This document shows, piece after piece, positions 9,905 through 18,787 of a stretch of 64,000 nucleotides of DNA. The stretch is taken from contig JAFDZU010000036.1 in the NCBI GenBank assembly GCA_018266765.1, forward strand, positions 22,240-86,239. Reading direction: 5' to 3'. Source of the stretch: Bacteroidota bacterium. GTDB taxonomy: Bacteria > Bacteroidota > Ignavibacteria > Kapaibacteriales > UBA961. How positions within the stretch are numbered: position 1 is the first letter of the stretch; every line of letters begins with the position of its first letter. The position numbers and the translations under genes were made by a program. The notes under the pieces were generated by a model. That model had not been told where the DNA came from, did not search any database, and saw nothing but the letters and a program-made list of their open reading frames with translations.

Positions 9905-10930
9905 ATGAAAGTATTAGTTTATAGTATTCATGGTTTTGATAAAACTTTCTTAGAACATGCTGCTGGTGATAAACACGAACTGATATTTACTGAGGTTTCA
10001 CTAAATGCCGAAACAGCATATCTTGCAAAAGGTTGCGATGCTGTTGCTTTGTTTACATCAGATCATGCATCTTCGGACGTAGTAGAAACATTACATTCTA
10101 ACAATATCAGGTTTATAGCATTGAGATCAGTTGGTTATGAACATATAGATATTCTAAAAGCACAATCTTTGAGAATAAAAGTGGCAAATGTACCGTCATA
10201 TTCTCCATATGCTATTGCTGAATATACAGTAGCTTTATTACTTTCTCTCGTTCGTAAAATGAATGAAACTCAACAACTAATGAATAATAACAATTTTTTA
10301 CTCGATACTTTGGTCGGATTTGATTTACATGGAAAAACAATCGGAATTGTAGGAACGGGTAAAATAGGTTCAGCTTTTGTAAAAATAATGAATGGTTTTG
10401 GGTGTAAATTAATTGGTTGTGATATTAATGAAAATCTTCAATTAATAAAAGATACTGGAATACGATATACAAATTTAAAGGAATTGTGCCAGCAATCTGA
10501 TGTTATTTCTGTGAATTGTCCATTAAATTCTTCAACTAAATATATGTTTAACAAATCAGTATTTTCACAAATGAAACGTGGGGTTGTATTCCTCAATACT
10601 GCCAGAGGGGGGATTGTGAATACTGTTGATTTACTTGATGCTTTGGATGATGGAATTATAAAATATGCTGGTTTGGATGTGTATGAAAACGAAAAATCTA
10701 TTTTCTTTCATGACTTTACAGGAAAACAAATTGAAGATGAGTTGTTTCGAAACTTGCGATCTCGGTCAAATGTACTCATAACCGGACATCAAGCATTTTT
10801 AACAACGGAAGCTTTGGAGGGTATAGCTAGAACAACTATTTCCAATCTTGATGAATGGGAGAATTATGGAACATGTAAAAATGAAATTAAAATTAACTTT
10901 ACTTTTATCAAACAAAATTATGAAAAGTAA
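9905..10930 (+). CDS. ldhA: D-lactate dehydrogenase (D-isomer specific 2-hydroxyacid dehydrogenase)
   Basis: Colinear by eye with E. coli LdhA. Shared motifs: IALRSVGYEHID, GIVGTGKIG, DVISVNCPL, GLDVYENE and ITGHQAFLTTEAL. Confidence 0.85.
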   Translation: MKVLVYSIHGFDKTFLEHAAGDKHELIFTEVSLNAETAYLAKGCDAVALFTSDHASSDVVETLHSNNIRFIALRSVGYEHIDILKAQSLRIKVANVPSYSPYAIAEYTVALLLSLVRKMNETQQLMNNNNFLLDTLVGFDLHGKTIGIVGTGKIGSAFVKIMNGFGCKLIGCDINENLQLIKDTGIRYTNLKELCQQSDVISVNCPLNSSTKYMFNKSVFSQMKRGVVFLNTARGGIVNTVDLLDALDDGIIKYAGLDVYENEKSIFFHDFTGKQIEDELFRNLRSRSNVLITGHQAFLTTEALEGIARTTISNLDEWENYGTCKNEIKINFTFIKQNYEK

Positions 10931-13508
10931 TTATCATGCAATCTCTGTCTCAGAAATTGAAAAATTATTTGTCACAAGTAGTAATGGTTTAAACTCAGAA
11001 GTAGTATCAAAAAACAGAACTCAGTATGGAAAAAATGAACTTGTAGAGAAAAAGAAGAACCCTGCATATATCCTTTTTTTGCATCAATTTAAGGATATAA
11101 TGATATTGATTCTTGCCGTTGCCGCCCTCATAGCACTTTGGGTAGGTGATATAAAAGATACTGTAGTAATAGTTGTAATAATATTATTAAATGCAATCAT
11201 AGGATTTATTCAAGAATATCGTGCAGGAAAAGCTATCGAAGCACTTAAACGAATGTCAGCTCCGAATGCAACTGTCAGGCGAGACAGAAAAAACATGATT
11301 ATTCCTGCATCTGAATTAGTTCCCGGTGATGTTGTGCTATTAGAAGCAGGAGCTTTAATACCTGCTGATATTCGACTTACTGAAGTACATTCTTTGAAAA
11401 TTAATGAGTCATCTTTAACCGGGGAGTCCGAACCGGTTGAAAAAAAACTTGATAATTTAGTACAAATTGATTCTCCTGTTGGTGATAGAACAACTATGGC
11501 ATTCAAGTCAACGATTGTCACTTATGGGCGTGGAGAGGGGATAGTAGTTGCAATTGGGATGGATACCGAAATCGGACGTATTGCACAACTTCTCCAAGAA
11601 GAAGACAGTCAAACACCATTACAAAAACGATTAGCTGATTTTGGGAAAAAACTTTCTGCCGCAGTAATAGTTATATGCATAATTATTTTTTGCATTGGAT
11701 TGCTAAGAGGTGAAGACCCGATAATTATGTTGTTAACTTCCATTTCACTTGCAGTAGCCGCAATTCCTGAAGCTTTACCGGCTGTCGTTACAATTGCATT
11801 AGCACTCAGTGCAAAACGTATGGTTCATAAAAATGTCCTAATTAGAAAGTTACCTGCAGTTGAAACATTGGGTTCTGTATCATATATATGTTCGGATAAA
11901 ACAGGAACTATAACGCAAAATAAAATGACAGTTGTGGATATATGGTGTTTACCTAATCAAAAGCCATTGAGTGATTTTTCAACCGAAGAATTATTAATTC
12001 TTTGTATTGAACTAAATCATGATGTTTTAACTACTGATTCTACTCTACAGGGTGATCCAACCGAAATTGGACTTGTTGAATTTGCACGACAACAAAAAAT
12101 ATATCATCAAAATTGGATTAAAGACTATAAAAGAATCTTTGAATTACCTTTTGATTCTGATCGGAAAAGAATGTCGACTATTCATGCTTTTAATAATCAA
12201 TTGTTAGTAATTACTAAAGGAGCGGTTGAGTCAGTACTTGATATTTGTACAGATGAAGTAAATAATAATACTATAAATCAAATCACGCGTAATTTTGCAG
12301 AAAATGGCAAACGAGTTTTAGCATATTCTTATAAAATTATTGATACTTTGCCTAAAGTAATTTCAATTAATTCTATTGAAAATAATATGAGATTTGTTGG
12401 ACTGACAGCAATGATTGACCCACCAAGAATTGAAGCAAACAAAGCAATTAGTGATTGTTATTCTGCCGGGATTACACCAGTAATGATAACTGGCGACCAT
12501 CCTATAACAGCCAAAGCTATTGCTATTGAAACCGGAATAATCAGAAATGTAACTGATCTATTAATAACAGGTAGTGAATTATCAGCTTTATCCGATGATG
12601 AGTACGAACACAAATTGGAATTTATTAAAGTTTACGCTCGAGTTTCACCGGAACAAAAACTAAAAATTGTGAGAATATTACAAAAGAAAAACCATTTTGT
12701 AGCAATGACCGGAGATGGAGTCAATGATGCACCAGCCCTCAAACGAGCCGATATTGGTGTTGCAATGGGAATATCTGGAAGCGACGTTTCCAAAGAATCA
12801 GCTGATATGATATTATTGGATGATAATTTTGCAACAATTATAAATGCAGTAAAAGAAGGCAGAAGAATTTATGATAATATCAAGAAATTCGTTAAATATG
12901 TTATGACATGCAATAGTGGGGAAATCTGGACTGTTTTTTTAATTCCTCTCTTGGGAATGCCAGTTCCACTGTTGCCAATCCATATTTTATGGATTAATCT
13001 AGTTACGGATGGTTTACCTGGGCTTGCTATGACATCAGAGCCAGCTGATGATAATATTCTGAAACGTTCACCCCGTAAACCCGATGAGAGTATTTTTAGT
13101 GGAGGAATAGCATACCATATTCTTTGGGTAGGACTTCTCATAGGTGCAGTGAGTATTTTCACAGAATCTTGGGCATTCTATCATAATAATCATAAATGGC
13201 AAACTATGGTGTTTACTGTGCTATGTTTAAGTCAATTAGGTCATGCAATGGCGATTCGAAGTGAAATTAAATCTCTTTTTCAGCAAGGAGTTTTTAGTAA
13301 CAAACAATTAGCATGGTCTGTAATTTTTACTTTAGTTTTACAAATGGTTGTTATTTATATGCCTTATTTTCAAAAAATATTTGGAACGCAATCATTATCT
13401 TTTATGGAATTTATTATTTGTTTTGGATTATCAAGTATTGTATTTTGGGCAGTAGAGTTAGAAAAATTGATAAAGAGAAAATTGCAATTTAATCATAACA
13501 TAAATTAA
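10920..13508 (+). CDS. cation-transporting P-type ATPase (P2 type, Ca2+/Mg2+-like)
   Basis: Motifs TGES, phosphorylation site CSDKTGTITQNKMT, and hinge TGDGVNDAPALKRADIGVAMG. I prefer the ATG at 10920 (MKSNYHAISVSEIEKLF, a typical Cation_ATPase_N start) over the ORF-track start at 10848. Confidence 0.88.
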   Translation: MKSNYHAISVSEIEKLFVTSSNGLNSEVVSKNRTQYGKNELVEKKKNPAYILFLHQFKDIMILILAVAALIALWVGDIKDTVVIVVIILLNAIIGFIQEYRAGKAIEALKRMSAPNATVRRDRKNMIIPASELVPGDVVLLEAGALIPADIRLTEVHSLKINESSLTGESEPVEKKLDNLVQIDSPVGDRTTMAFKSTIVTYGRGEGIVVAIGMDTEIGRIAQLLQEEDSQTPLQKRLADFGKKLSAAVIVICIIIFCIGLLRGEDPIIMLLTSISLAVAAIPEALPAVVTIALALSAKRMVHKNVLIRKLPAVETLGSVSYICSDKTGTITQNKMTVVDIWCLPNQKPLSDFSTEELLILCIELNHDVLTTDSTLQGDPTEIGLVEFARQQKIYHQNWIKDYKRIFELPFDSDRKRMSTIHAFNNQLLVITKGAVESVLDICTDEVNNNTINQITRNFAENGKRVLAYSYKIIDTLPKVISINSIENNMRFVGLTAMIDPPRIEANKAISDCYSAGITPVMITGDHPITAKAIAIETGIIRNVTDLLITGSELSALSDDEYEHKLEFIKVYARVSPEQKLKIVRILQKKNHFVAMTGDGVNDAPALKRADIGVAMGISGSDVSKESADMILLDDNFATIINAVKEGRRIYDNIKKFVKYVMTCNSGEIWTVFLIPLLGMPVPLLPIHILWINLVTDGLPGLAMTSEPADDNILKRSPRKPDESIFSGGIAYHILWVGLLIGAVSIFTESWAFYHNNHKWQTMVFTVLCLSQLGHAMAIRSEIKSLFQQGVFSNKQLAWSVIFTLVLQMVVIYMPYFQKIFGTQSLSFMEFIICFGLSSIVFWAVELEKLIKRKLQFNHNIN

Positions 13509-13541
13509 GATATTGTTGTTTCATTATTCTACATTAAATCA

Positions 13542-14243
13542 ATGGAAAATTTACCTTTATTTATCAAAATTATATTTATCATAACTACCATTGTTACTAT
13601 GTGGTTATTTTATAAAGCATCAAATAACTCTAAAATAACAGTAATATTAATGTTATCTTGGGTGGTAGTACAAAGTGTAATTTCAATTTCGGGGTTTTAT
13701 ACTGTATTACCTGCGACTCCACCAAGATTCCCATTACTCATTTTGCCACCCTTATTATTAATTATGGGGTTATTCTCAACCTTAAAAGGAAGACAATACA
13801 TAGATGGATTAAATAAAAAAACTCTTACTATTCTGCATATCGTGAGAATTCCTGTTGAAATTGTATTGTTTTGGCTCTCTATTTATAAAGTAGTTCCAGA
13901 ACTAATGACCTTAGAAGGAAGAAATTTCGATATTCTATCCGGAATTTCAGCTCCAATAATATTTTATATTGTATTTTATAAACGAATACTAAGCAATTCA
14001 TTATTATTGGTTTGGAACATTGTGTGTCTGGGGTTATTGATAAATATTGTAATAAATGCAGTGCTATCAGCACCATTCCCATTTCAGCAGTTTGCATTTG
14101 ATCAGCCGAATATTGCAGTTCTCTATTTTCCGTTTGTTTGGTTACCGTGTTGTATTGTTCCCATAGTTTTACTTTCACATCTTGCTACTATTCGCCAATT
14201 GATGACGGAAAAGAAAAAAAATGCTAACTACTTTAATAATTAA
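13542..14243 (+). CDS. polytopic membrane protein of unknown function
   Basis: 233 aa, about 6 hydrophobic segments, no recognisable catalytic motif. Confidence 0.55.
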   Translation: MENLPLFIKIIFIITTIVTMWLFYKASNNSKITVILMLSWVVVQSVISISGFYTVLPATPPRFPLLILPPLLLIMGLFSTLKGRQYIDGLNKKTLTILHIVRIPVEIVLFWLSIYKVVPELMTLEGRNFDILSGISAPIIFYIVFYKRILSNSLLLVWNIVCLGLLINIVINAVLSAPFPFQQFAFDQPNIAVLYFPFVWLPCCIVPIVLLSHLATIRQLMTEKKKNANYFNN

Positions 14244-14466
14244 ATATTATAGCTCAGATTTGAATTTTATATTTCGAGCAACTTCAATACATTTTTTTAA
14301 TTTGAAGTTAAATTTTACTTAGAAACAATCCAACATAACAGTTATTCCGTATTTTATAAAAATAAACGTTGTCTATTTTCATAAAAAGTTCTTATTTTTG
14401 GAGTGAAGCGTTGATTGATGGCGTACTTAATTAATTTTCACGCCATTTACTTACTTACTATTTTAC

Positions 14467-14472
14467 AAGGAG
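14467..14472 (+). promoter_or_regulatory. Shine-Dalgarno AAGGAG for the Cys-rich precursor gene
   Basis: AAGGAG lies 7 nt upstream of the ATG at 14480. Confidence 0.6.
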
Positions 14473-14479
14473 ATTCTCT

Positions 14480-14779
14480 ATGAATGGAAAAGATTTTGGA
14501 AAACTCATGATTGGCGCGGCTGTTGCCGGACTTATCAGTGGTGGAGCAGCTTTTGCTTCTGACGGTGGAAAAAAGCCAGCTAAAAAAGCTGCTAAAGCTC
14601 ACAAAGCATCTACTAAAGCCGCAAAAGAACATGCATGTAAAGGTATGAATGAATGCAAAGGCAAAGGCGGTTGTAAAACAGCTGATAATAGTTGCAAAGG
14701 CAAAAATGCTTGTAAAGGCAAAGGTGGTTGCTCAACTGCAATGGCTACTCCTAAAAAAGCAGATGAACCGAAGAAATAA
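14480..14779 (+). CDS. secreted Cys-rich small protein, candidate bufferin-type (BufA2 / 6-Cys class) RiPP precursor
   Basis: 99 aa. Sec signal MNGKDFGKLMIGAAVAGLISGGAAFA|SD, then a Lys/Ala-rich spacer. Two tandem 3-Cys modules follow: ACKGMNECKGKGGCKTA and SCKGKNACKGKGGCSTA. Sits directly upstream of a DUF692 enzyme gene. Confidence 0.7.
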   Translation: MNGKDFGKLMIGAAVAGLISGGAAFASDGGKKPAKKAAKAHKASTKAAKEHACKGMNECKGKGGCKTADNSCKGKNACKGKGGCSTAMATPKKADEPKK

Positions 14780-14815
14780 CTCAATAGTTATACTTCAGTC
14801 TCTCTCAAAATGAAT

Positions 14816-14852
14816 AGGTGATGATAACTATACAAGTGTCATCACCTTTTTT
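14816..14852 (+). terminator. intrinsic terminator between the precursor and enzyme genes
   Basis: 9-bp stem AGGTGATGA / TCATCACCT with a 14-nt loop, followed by TTTTT. Confidence 0.65.
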
Positions 14853-14874
14853 ATAACATAAACAAGAAAATATT

Positions 14875-15705
14875 ATGACACCAAACCGATGGAATTTACC
14901 TGAACTAGGATTTGGAGTGGGATTAAGAACAGTACATTTTCAACATATAATTTCAGAAAAACCGGAAGTAGATTGGTTTGAAATTATTTCTGAAAATTTT
15001 ATGGATACGAAAGGAAAGCCATCCTATATTTTAGATATTGTAAAGGAAAAATATCCTATTGTTATGCATGGTGTTTCACTTTCCATCGCCGGAACAGATT
15101 CGCTGAATATTCCATATATATATAAACTCAAAGAACTCGCAAATCGTGTAAATACTCCTTGGGTTTCTGACCACTTATGCTGGACAGGTTGTAATGCACA
15201 CAATCTCCACGACTTACTCCCAATACTCTATACTGAAGAAAATATACGACATATAGCTTCTAGAATTAGAACAGTTGCTGAAATTATTGAACGTCCAATT
15301 GTTCTCGAAAACGTCTCGACCTACGCTGAATTTTCGATTTCAACAATGTCAGAATGGGAATTCATCAGTAGATTACTTGAAGAAGCTGATTGTGGATTAT
15401 TATTAGATGTCAATAATATTTATGTGAGTTCTTTCAATCACGGATTTGACCCCATTGAATATATAAATGCAATGCCATTCGATAGAATTTGCCAATATCA
15501 TTTAGCTGGGCATACCAACAAAGGTACTCACATCCTCGATACTCATAGTGACCATGTAGTAGATGAAGTTTGGGAATTGTACCGGTATTGTTTCCAAAAG
15601 ACAGGAGAAAGAGCTACTTTGCTTGAATGGGATGAAAACATTCCTTCGTTTGATGTAGTTCATAATGAAGCACTTAAAGCTAAAAATTATCGTTCATTTA
15701 TATAA
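14875..15705 (+). CDS. DUF692 / MNIO family (MbnB/TglH/ChrH-like) RiPP precursor-modifying enzyme
   Basis: 276 aa. Full-length match by eye to the UPF0276/DUF692 consensus: GFGVGLR, DWFEIISENFM, HGVSLSI, VSDHLCW, LENVSTY, LLLDVNNIYVS, HLAGH, LDTHSD and LLEWDENIP. Confidence 0.85.
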   Translation: MTPNRWNLPELGFGVGLRTVHFQHIISEKPEVDWFEIISENFMDTKGKPSYILDIVKEKYPIVMHGVSLSIAGTDSLNIPYIYKLKELANRVNTPWVSDHLCWTGCNAHNLHDLLPILYTEENIRHIASRIRTVAEIIERPIVLENVSTYAEFSISTMSEWEFISRLLEEADCGLLLDVNNIYVSSFNHGFDPIEYINAMPFDRICQYHLAGHTNKGTHILDTHSDHVVDEVWELYRYCFQKTGERATLLEWDENIPSFDVVHNEALKAKNYRSFI

Positions 15706-15726
15706 ATACTATAAAATTCTTGAAGT

Positions 15727-16608
15727 TCAGTTTGAAGCTATTAGTAATCCTAAACTTATAAGTAAACCGAATGCTGCTAGTAAAATTCCTGTTTGAACTA
15801 ACACTGTATTTAGTGATTCTCCATCATTTATTACTACTTTTTGACACAAATTGAATCCAAACGGAGAAGTTAAAAATGGAAGTAATATCCACATCGAATT
15901 TTCAATTAAAAAGAGTAAGAAAGAAGCTAAGTAAGCAACCATTGTCATAACAATATATAATACTCGGGATGAAGTAGCTCCAAACCGAACAGCAAAAGTT
16001 CTTTTTCCTACAATTGAGTCAGAGTCTCTATCTCTTAAATTATTTACACCTAAAATATTCATAGCGAATGCACCGGGAATACATCCAAGAATTACTGCAG
16101 AAGTTGATATATCTCCATGTATTACATAATAAGTTCCACCGGTTGCAACTAATCCAAAAAAGATAAAAACAAAAATATCGCCTAATCCTTTATATGCCAG
16201 TGAAAAACGCCCTCCTGTATACGCCCAAGCTAAAGCTAATGAAATAATACCTATTGACATAACTATAACCCCACGAACCCAAACTAAATATAATCCAAGT
16301 ACGAAGCAAACTCCTACAACCATCCAAGACGCACGAATCATTTGTTTTTCGGAGATTAATCCTGCAGAAACAGCTCGAACCGGACCAACTCTATTGAAAG
16401 AATCAGCTCCTTTACGGAAATCATAAATTTCGTTAATAAAGTTTGTTGCAATTTGAATTAATATTGAGCAAATAAATGCAGTTAGAGCAAGTGTAAATGA
16501 AAATACACCAGCATGATATGCGAGTGCACTTCCTAAAACAACAGGAATTCCACTGGCTACGAGTGTTTTGGGGCGAGTTGCCAAAAACCATAGTTTTGTT
16601 TTGGTCAT
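15727..16608 (-). CDS. menA: 1,4-dihydroxy-2-naphthoate polyprenyltransferase
   Basis: 293 aa UbiA-family membrane protein. N-terminus WFLATRPKTL, Asp-rich motif NEIYDFRKGAD and a second motif NNLRDRDSD. Confidence 0.85.
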   Translation of the reverse strand: MTKTKLWFLATRPKTLVASGIPVVLGSALAYHAGVFSFTLALTAFICSILIQIATNFINEIYDFRKGADSFNRVGPVRAVSAGLISEKQMIRASWMVVGVCFVLGLYLVWVRGVIVMSIGIISLALAWAYTGGRFSLAYKGLGDIFVFIFFGLVATGGTYYVIHGDISTSAVILGCIPGAFAMNILGVNNLRDRDSDSIVGKRTFAVRFGATSSRVLYIVMTMVAYLASFLLFLIENSMWILLPFLTSPFGFNLCQKVVINDGESLNTVLVQTGILLAAFGLLISLGLLIASN

Positions 16609-16692
16609 AGTTGTTCTTTAAATTAATTAACTGATTGTATCTTCTTCATTGTCACAAAAATACTAATTAAATTGCTTGTATTTTTCTAAATA

Positions 16693-16724
16693 TAAAAGCT
16701 CGTAAGAATTGAATCTTACGAGCT
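16693..16724 (-). terminator. intrinsic terminator downstream of the PDZ/T9SS gene
   Basis: Palindrome AGCTCGTAAGA..TCTTACGAGCT, with a T run on the minus strand (AAAA on the + strand just before the stem). Confidence 0.65.
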
Positions 16725-16751
16725 TAGCTAATACAATCTATTCAATCTAAA

Positions 16752-18074
16752 TCAGTTCACTACGATTTTATCAGAAAATTTACGCTCTCCTTGATTAACA
16801 TTTATTATATACATTCCTTTTGGAAATGATGTTAAATCAAGAGTAGCATCAACTGTTCCTGCTGTTAATTCTTGAGTTAATACAACAGCACCTTTCAAAT
16901 CCAAAACAGAGATTTTAGCAACTTGTTTTGCATCATTTTCAAAATGAATATTAGCAATTCCTGAGGTTGGATTTGGTGAAATTGTTAGTTGTAAGAGTTC
17001 AGTCGGTGTATCACCTGACTGAATTCCTGTTTGTGGTAATTGAGAGTTATATAGGTCCGACTCAGGAACAACAACATTACTGCATTCTGCCTCGAGTGAA
17101 GTAACTAATTCTTGACGAGTATCTGCTAAACTGCTTAAAGTAGTATTAACTCTTTGTACTTGACCGTCACGTAAATAAGTAACAACAACTGATTCACCCG
17201 GCTTATGGGAAACGACTGCACGACGAAGTTCAGGGTAAGTTTTTACATCAATTCCACTTACAGAAGTAATAATATCACCATTCTGAAATCCGGCTTGTAG
17301 TGCACTTGTGTTTTCAACTATTCCTTCAACTATAACACCATTTTTAGAATATTGAGAAACATAGACACCAATCAAAGCTGCTCCACGCATTTCACGCAGT
17401 TTTTCACATGGATTTACAGTTTCTTTCTCAGTTGTCCAGTGCATCGAATTTAGTTGTCCCATCTCTGCAAGAGATTGTGCTAATTGATTGGAAGTCCCTT
17501 CAAAATTAATATTTACAGTTTTAAACGCACCTTGTTTATCACCGGATGGTGTTGTAACAGTCCAACTTACACGATGTCTTGTTCCGAGAGTTGCATCAAT
17601 TACTTGTTCACTACCGTTGCGTAAAATAGTTACCGAAATAGTTTCATTTGGTTTTTTAGTTGAAATGATTGATGTTATGTCAGTATGAGATTGAACTTTC
17701 TTTCCGTCTAATGCCAACACAACATCACCTTCATGTAATCCTGCTTTTTCAGCACCTGAATTATCAATAATTTCATTAATTGTTACGCCACCTGACTTTG
17801 CAATTTCTCCGGGTACAATCCCTAGAAGTGGACGTGGCTCGGATTCATTAACTTTTTCAGTACGTATAACAGTTGTATTTCGACGGAGTGAATTTAATTC
17901 ATCTCTTAGTTGTCGTACTTCTTTGGAAATCTCACCGTTGTTTGAAGTAGATCGGGTAAGTGTAATCGCATTACGTTCAATTTTTTTAGCGGGAGATTGT
18001 GCTAATAATGAACCTGTTAAAATTAGACCACTTAGTGCAAAAGCGACGAAAGCAGTCGGACGAAAATATTTCAT
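16752..18074 (-). CDS. secreted protein with two PDZ domains and a T9SS type A C-terminal sorting domain
   Basis: Signal peptide. Two PDZ-like segments (GAEKAGLHEGDVVLALDGKKV and ALQAGFQNGDIITSVSGIDV). C-terminus ..ISPNPTSGIANIHF..GMYIINVNQGERKFSDKIVVN is typical of Por/T9SS tails. Confidence 0.75.
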   Translation of the reverse strand: MKYFRPTAFVAFALSGLILTGSLLAQSPAKKIERNAITLTRSTSNNGEISKEVRQLRDELNSLRRNTTVIRTEKVNESEPRPLLGIVPGEIAKSGGVTINEIIDNSGAEKAGLHEGDVVLALDGKKVQSHTDITSIISTKKPNETISVTILRNGSEQVIDATLGTRHRVSWTVTTPSGDKQGAFKTVNINFEGTSNQLAQSLAEMGQLNSMHWTTEKETVNPCEKLREMRGAALIGVYVSQYSKNGVIVEGIVENTSALQAGFQNGDIITSVSGIDVKTYPELRRAVVSHKPGESVVVTYLRDGQVQRVNTTLSSLADTRQELVTSLEAECSNVVVPESDLYNSQLPQTGIQSGDTPTELLQLTISPNPTSGIANIHFENDAKQVAKISVLDLKGAVVLTQELTAGTVDATLDLTSFPKGMYIINVNQGERKFSDKIVVN

Positions 18075-18239
18075 AAAATTACCTTTGAAAATAATATAAC
18101 AAATTGTGTAATTATACTTTGAAGTAAAAAGTATAGTACAAATCTACAGTAATCTGACTAATTACTACTCGTTAATTTGTGTTAGAGAGTGTTAATGTTA
18201 AATTAAACAATAATTTCATATTAGTTGTTCTTTAGTTTG

Positions 18240-18785
18240 CTATGATAAGGAGTTTGCTATTTCAAGTAATTGGTTGACTGTTTTCCAGTTTCGGGTAGTT
18301 GTAATTACTTTGAGTTTAGTTTCAAAAAATGAATTAGATAGTTTGGTTTTTCCGTAACCGTTAGGACAATACAGATAAATTGCTTTTCCATGAATTACAA
18401 ATTCATCACCTCCAAAAGTCATTTCAGATATTCTATTTTTTAATTCAACGTTTGGTTCAGTCAACAAAAATGTCACATGAAGTTTCATTGAGTCCACGTT
18501 TTTATTTTTAAATGGATTATGAAGAATTAATAGTTCCAATTCATCTTTAGCAATAACAAAAACAGGAATGTCTAAACCAAAATTTTCCAACATTTTCGAT
18601 TTGATTTCTGATTCAAGATTGTTATTAAATTTGTTGTTTGATTGAAAAACAATGTTTCCACTTTGAATATAAGTTTGAACATTTTGAAACAAAAGACTTT
18701 CTGCTAAAGTCTTCAACTCATTCATTTTAACAATATTATGACCACTAACGTTAATACCTCTAAGGATACATATATATGTTTTCAT
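18240..18785 (-). CDS. DUF1697 domain-containing protein
   Basis: N-terminus MKTYICILRGINVSGHNIVKMNELK matches the DUF1697 signature (LRGINVGG..v.M..L). Confidence 0.7.
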   Translation of the reverse strand: MKTYICILRGINVSGHNIVKMNELKTLAESLLFQNVQTYIQSGNIVFQSNNKFNNNLESEIKSKMLENFGLDIPVFVIAKDELELLILHNPFKNKNVDSMKLHVTFLLTEPNVELKNRISEMTFGGDEFVIHGKAIYLYCPNGYGKTKLSNSFFETKLKVITTTRNWKTVNQLLEIANSLS

Positions 18786-18787
18786 GT

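Noticed and set aside
10848-10919. Upstream extension of the P-type ATPase ORF overlapping the end of ldhA by 83 nt
   Set aside because: The conserved ATPase N-terminus begins at the ATG at 10920. The extension merely reads through the ldhA 3' end in another frame.
14418-14446. 7-bp inverted repeat ATGGCGT..ACGCCAT about 35 nt upstream of the precursor start, a possible operator or leader hairpin
   Set aside because: It is too short, has a large loop, and has no second copy or recognisable binding-site consensus. It cannot be supported from sequence alone.
14447-14784. Two 61-aa minus-strand ORFs overlapping the Cys-rich precursor gene
   Set aside because: They are mirror-image products of the repetitive Lys/Ala/Gly/Cys coding sequence. 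The + strand ORF has a strong SD, a signal peptide and a functional neighbour.
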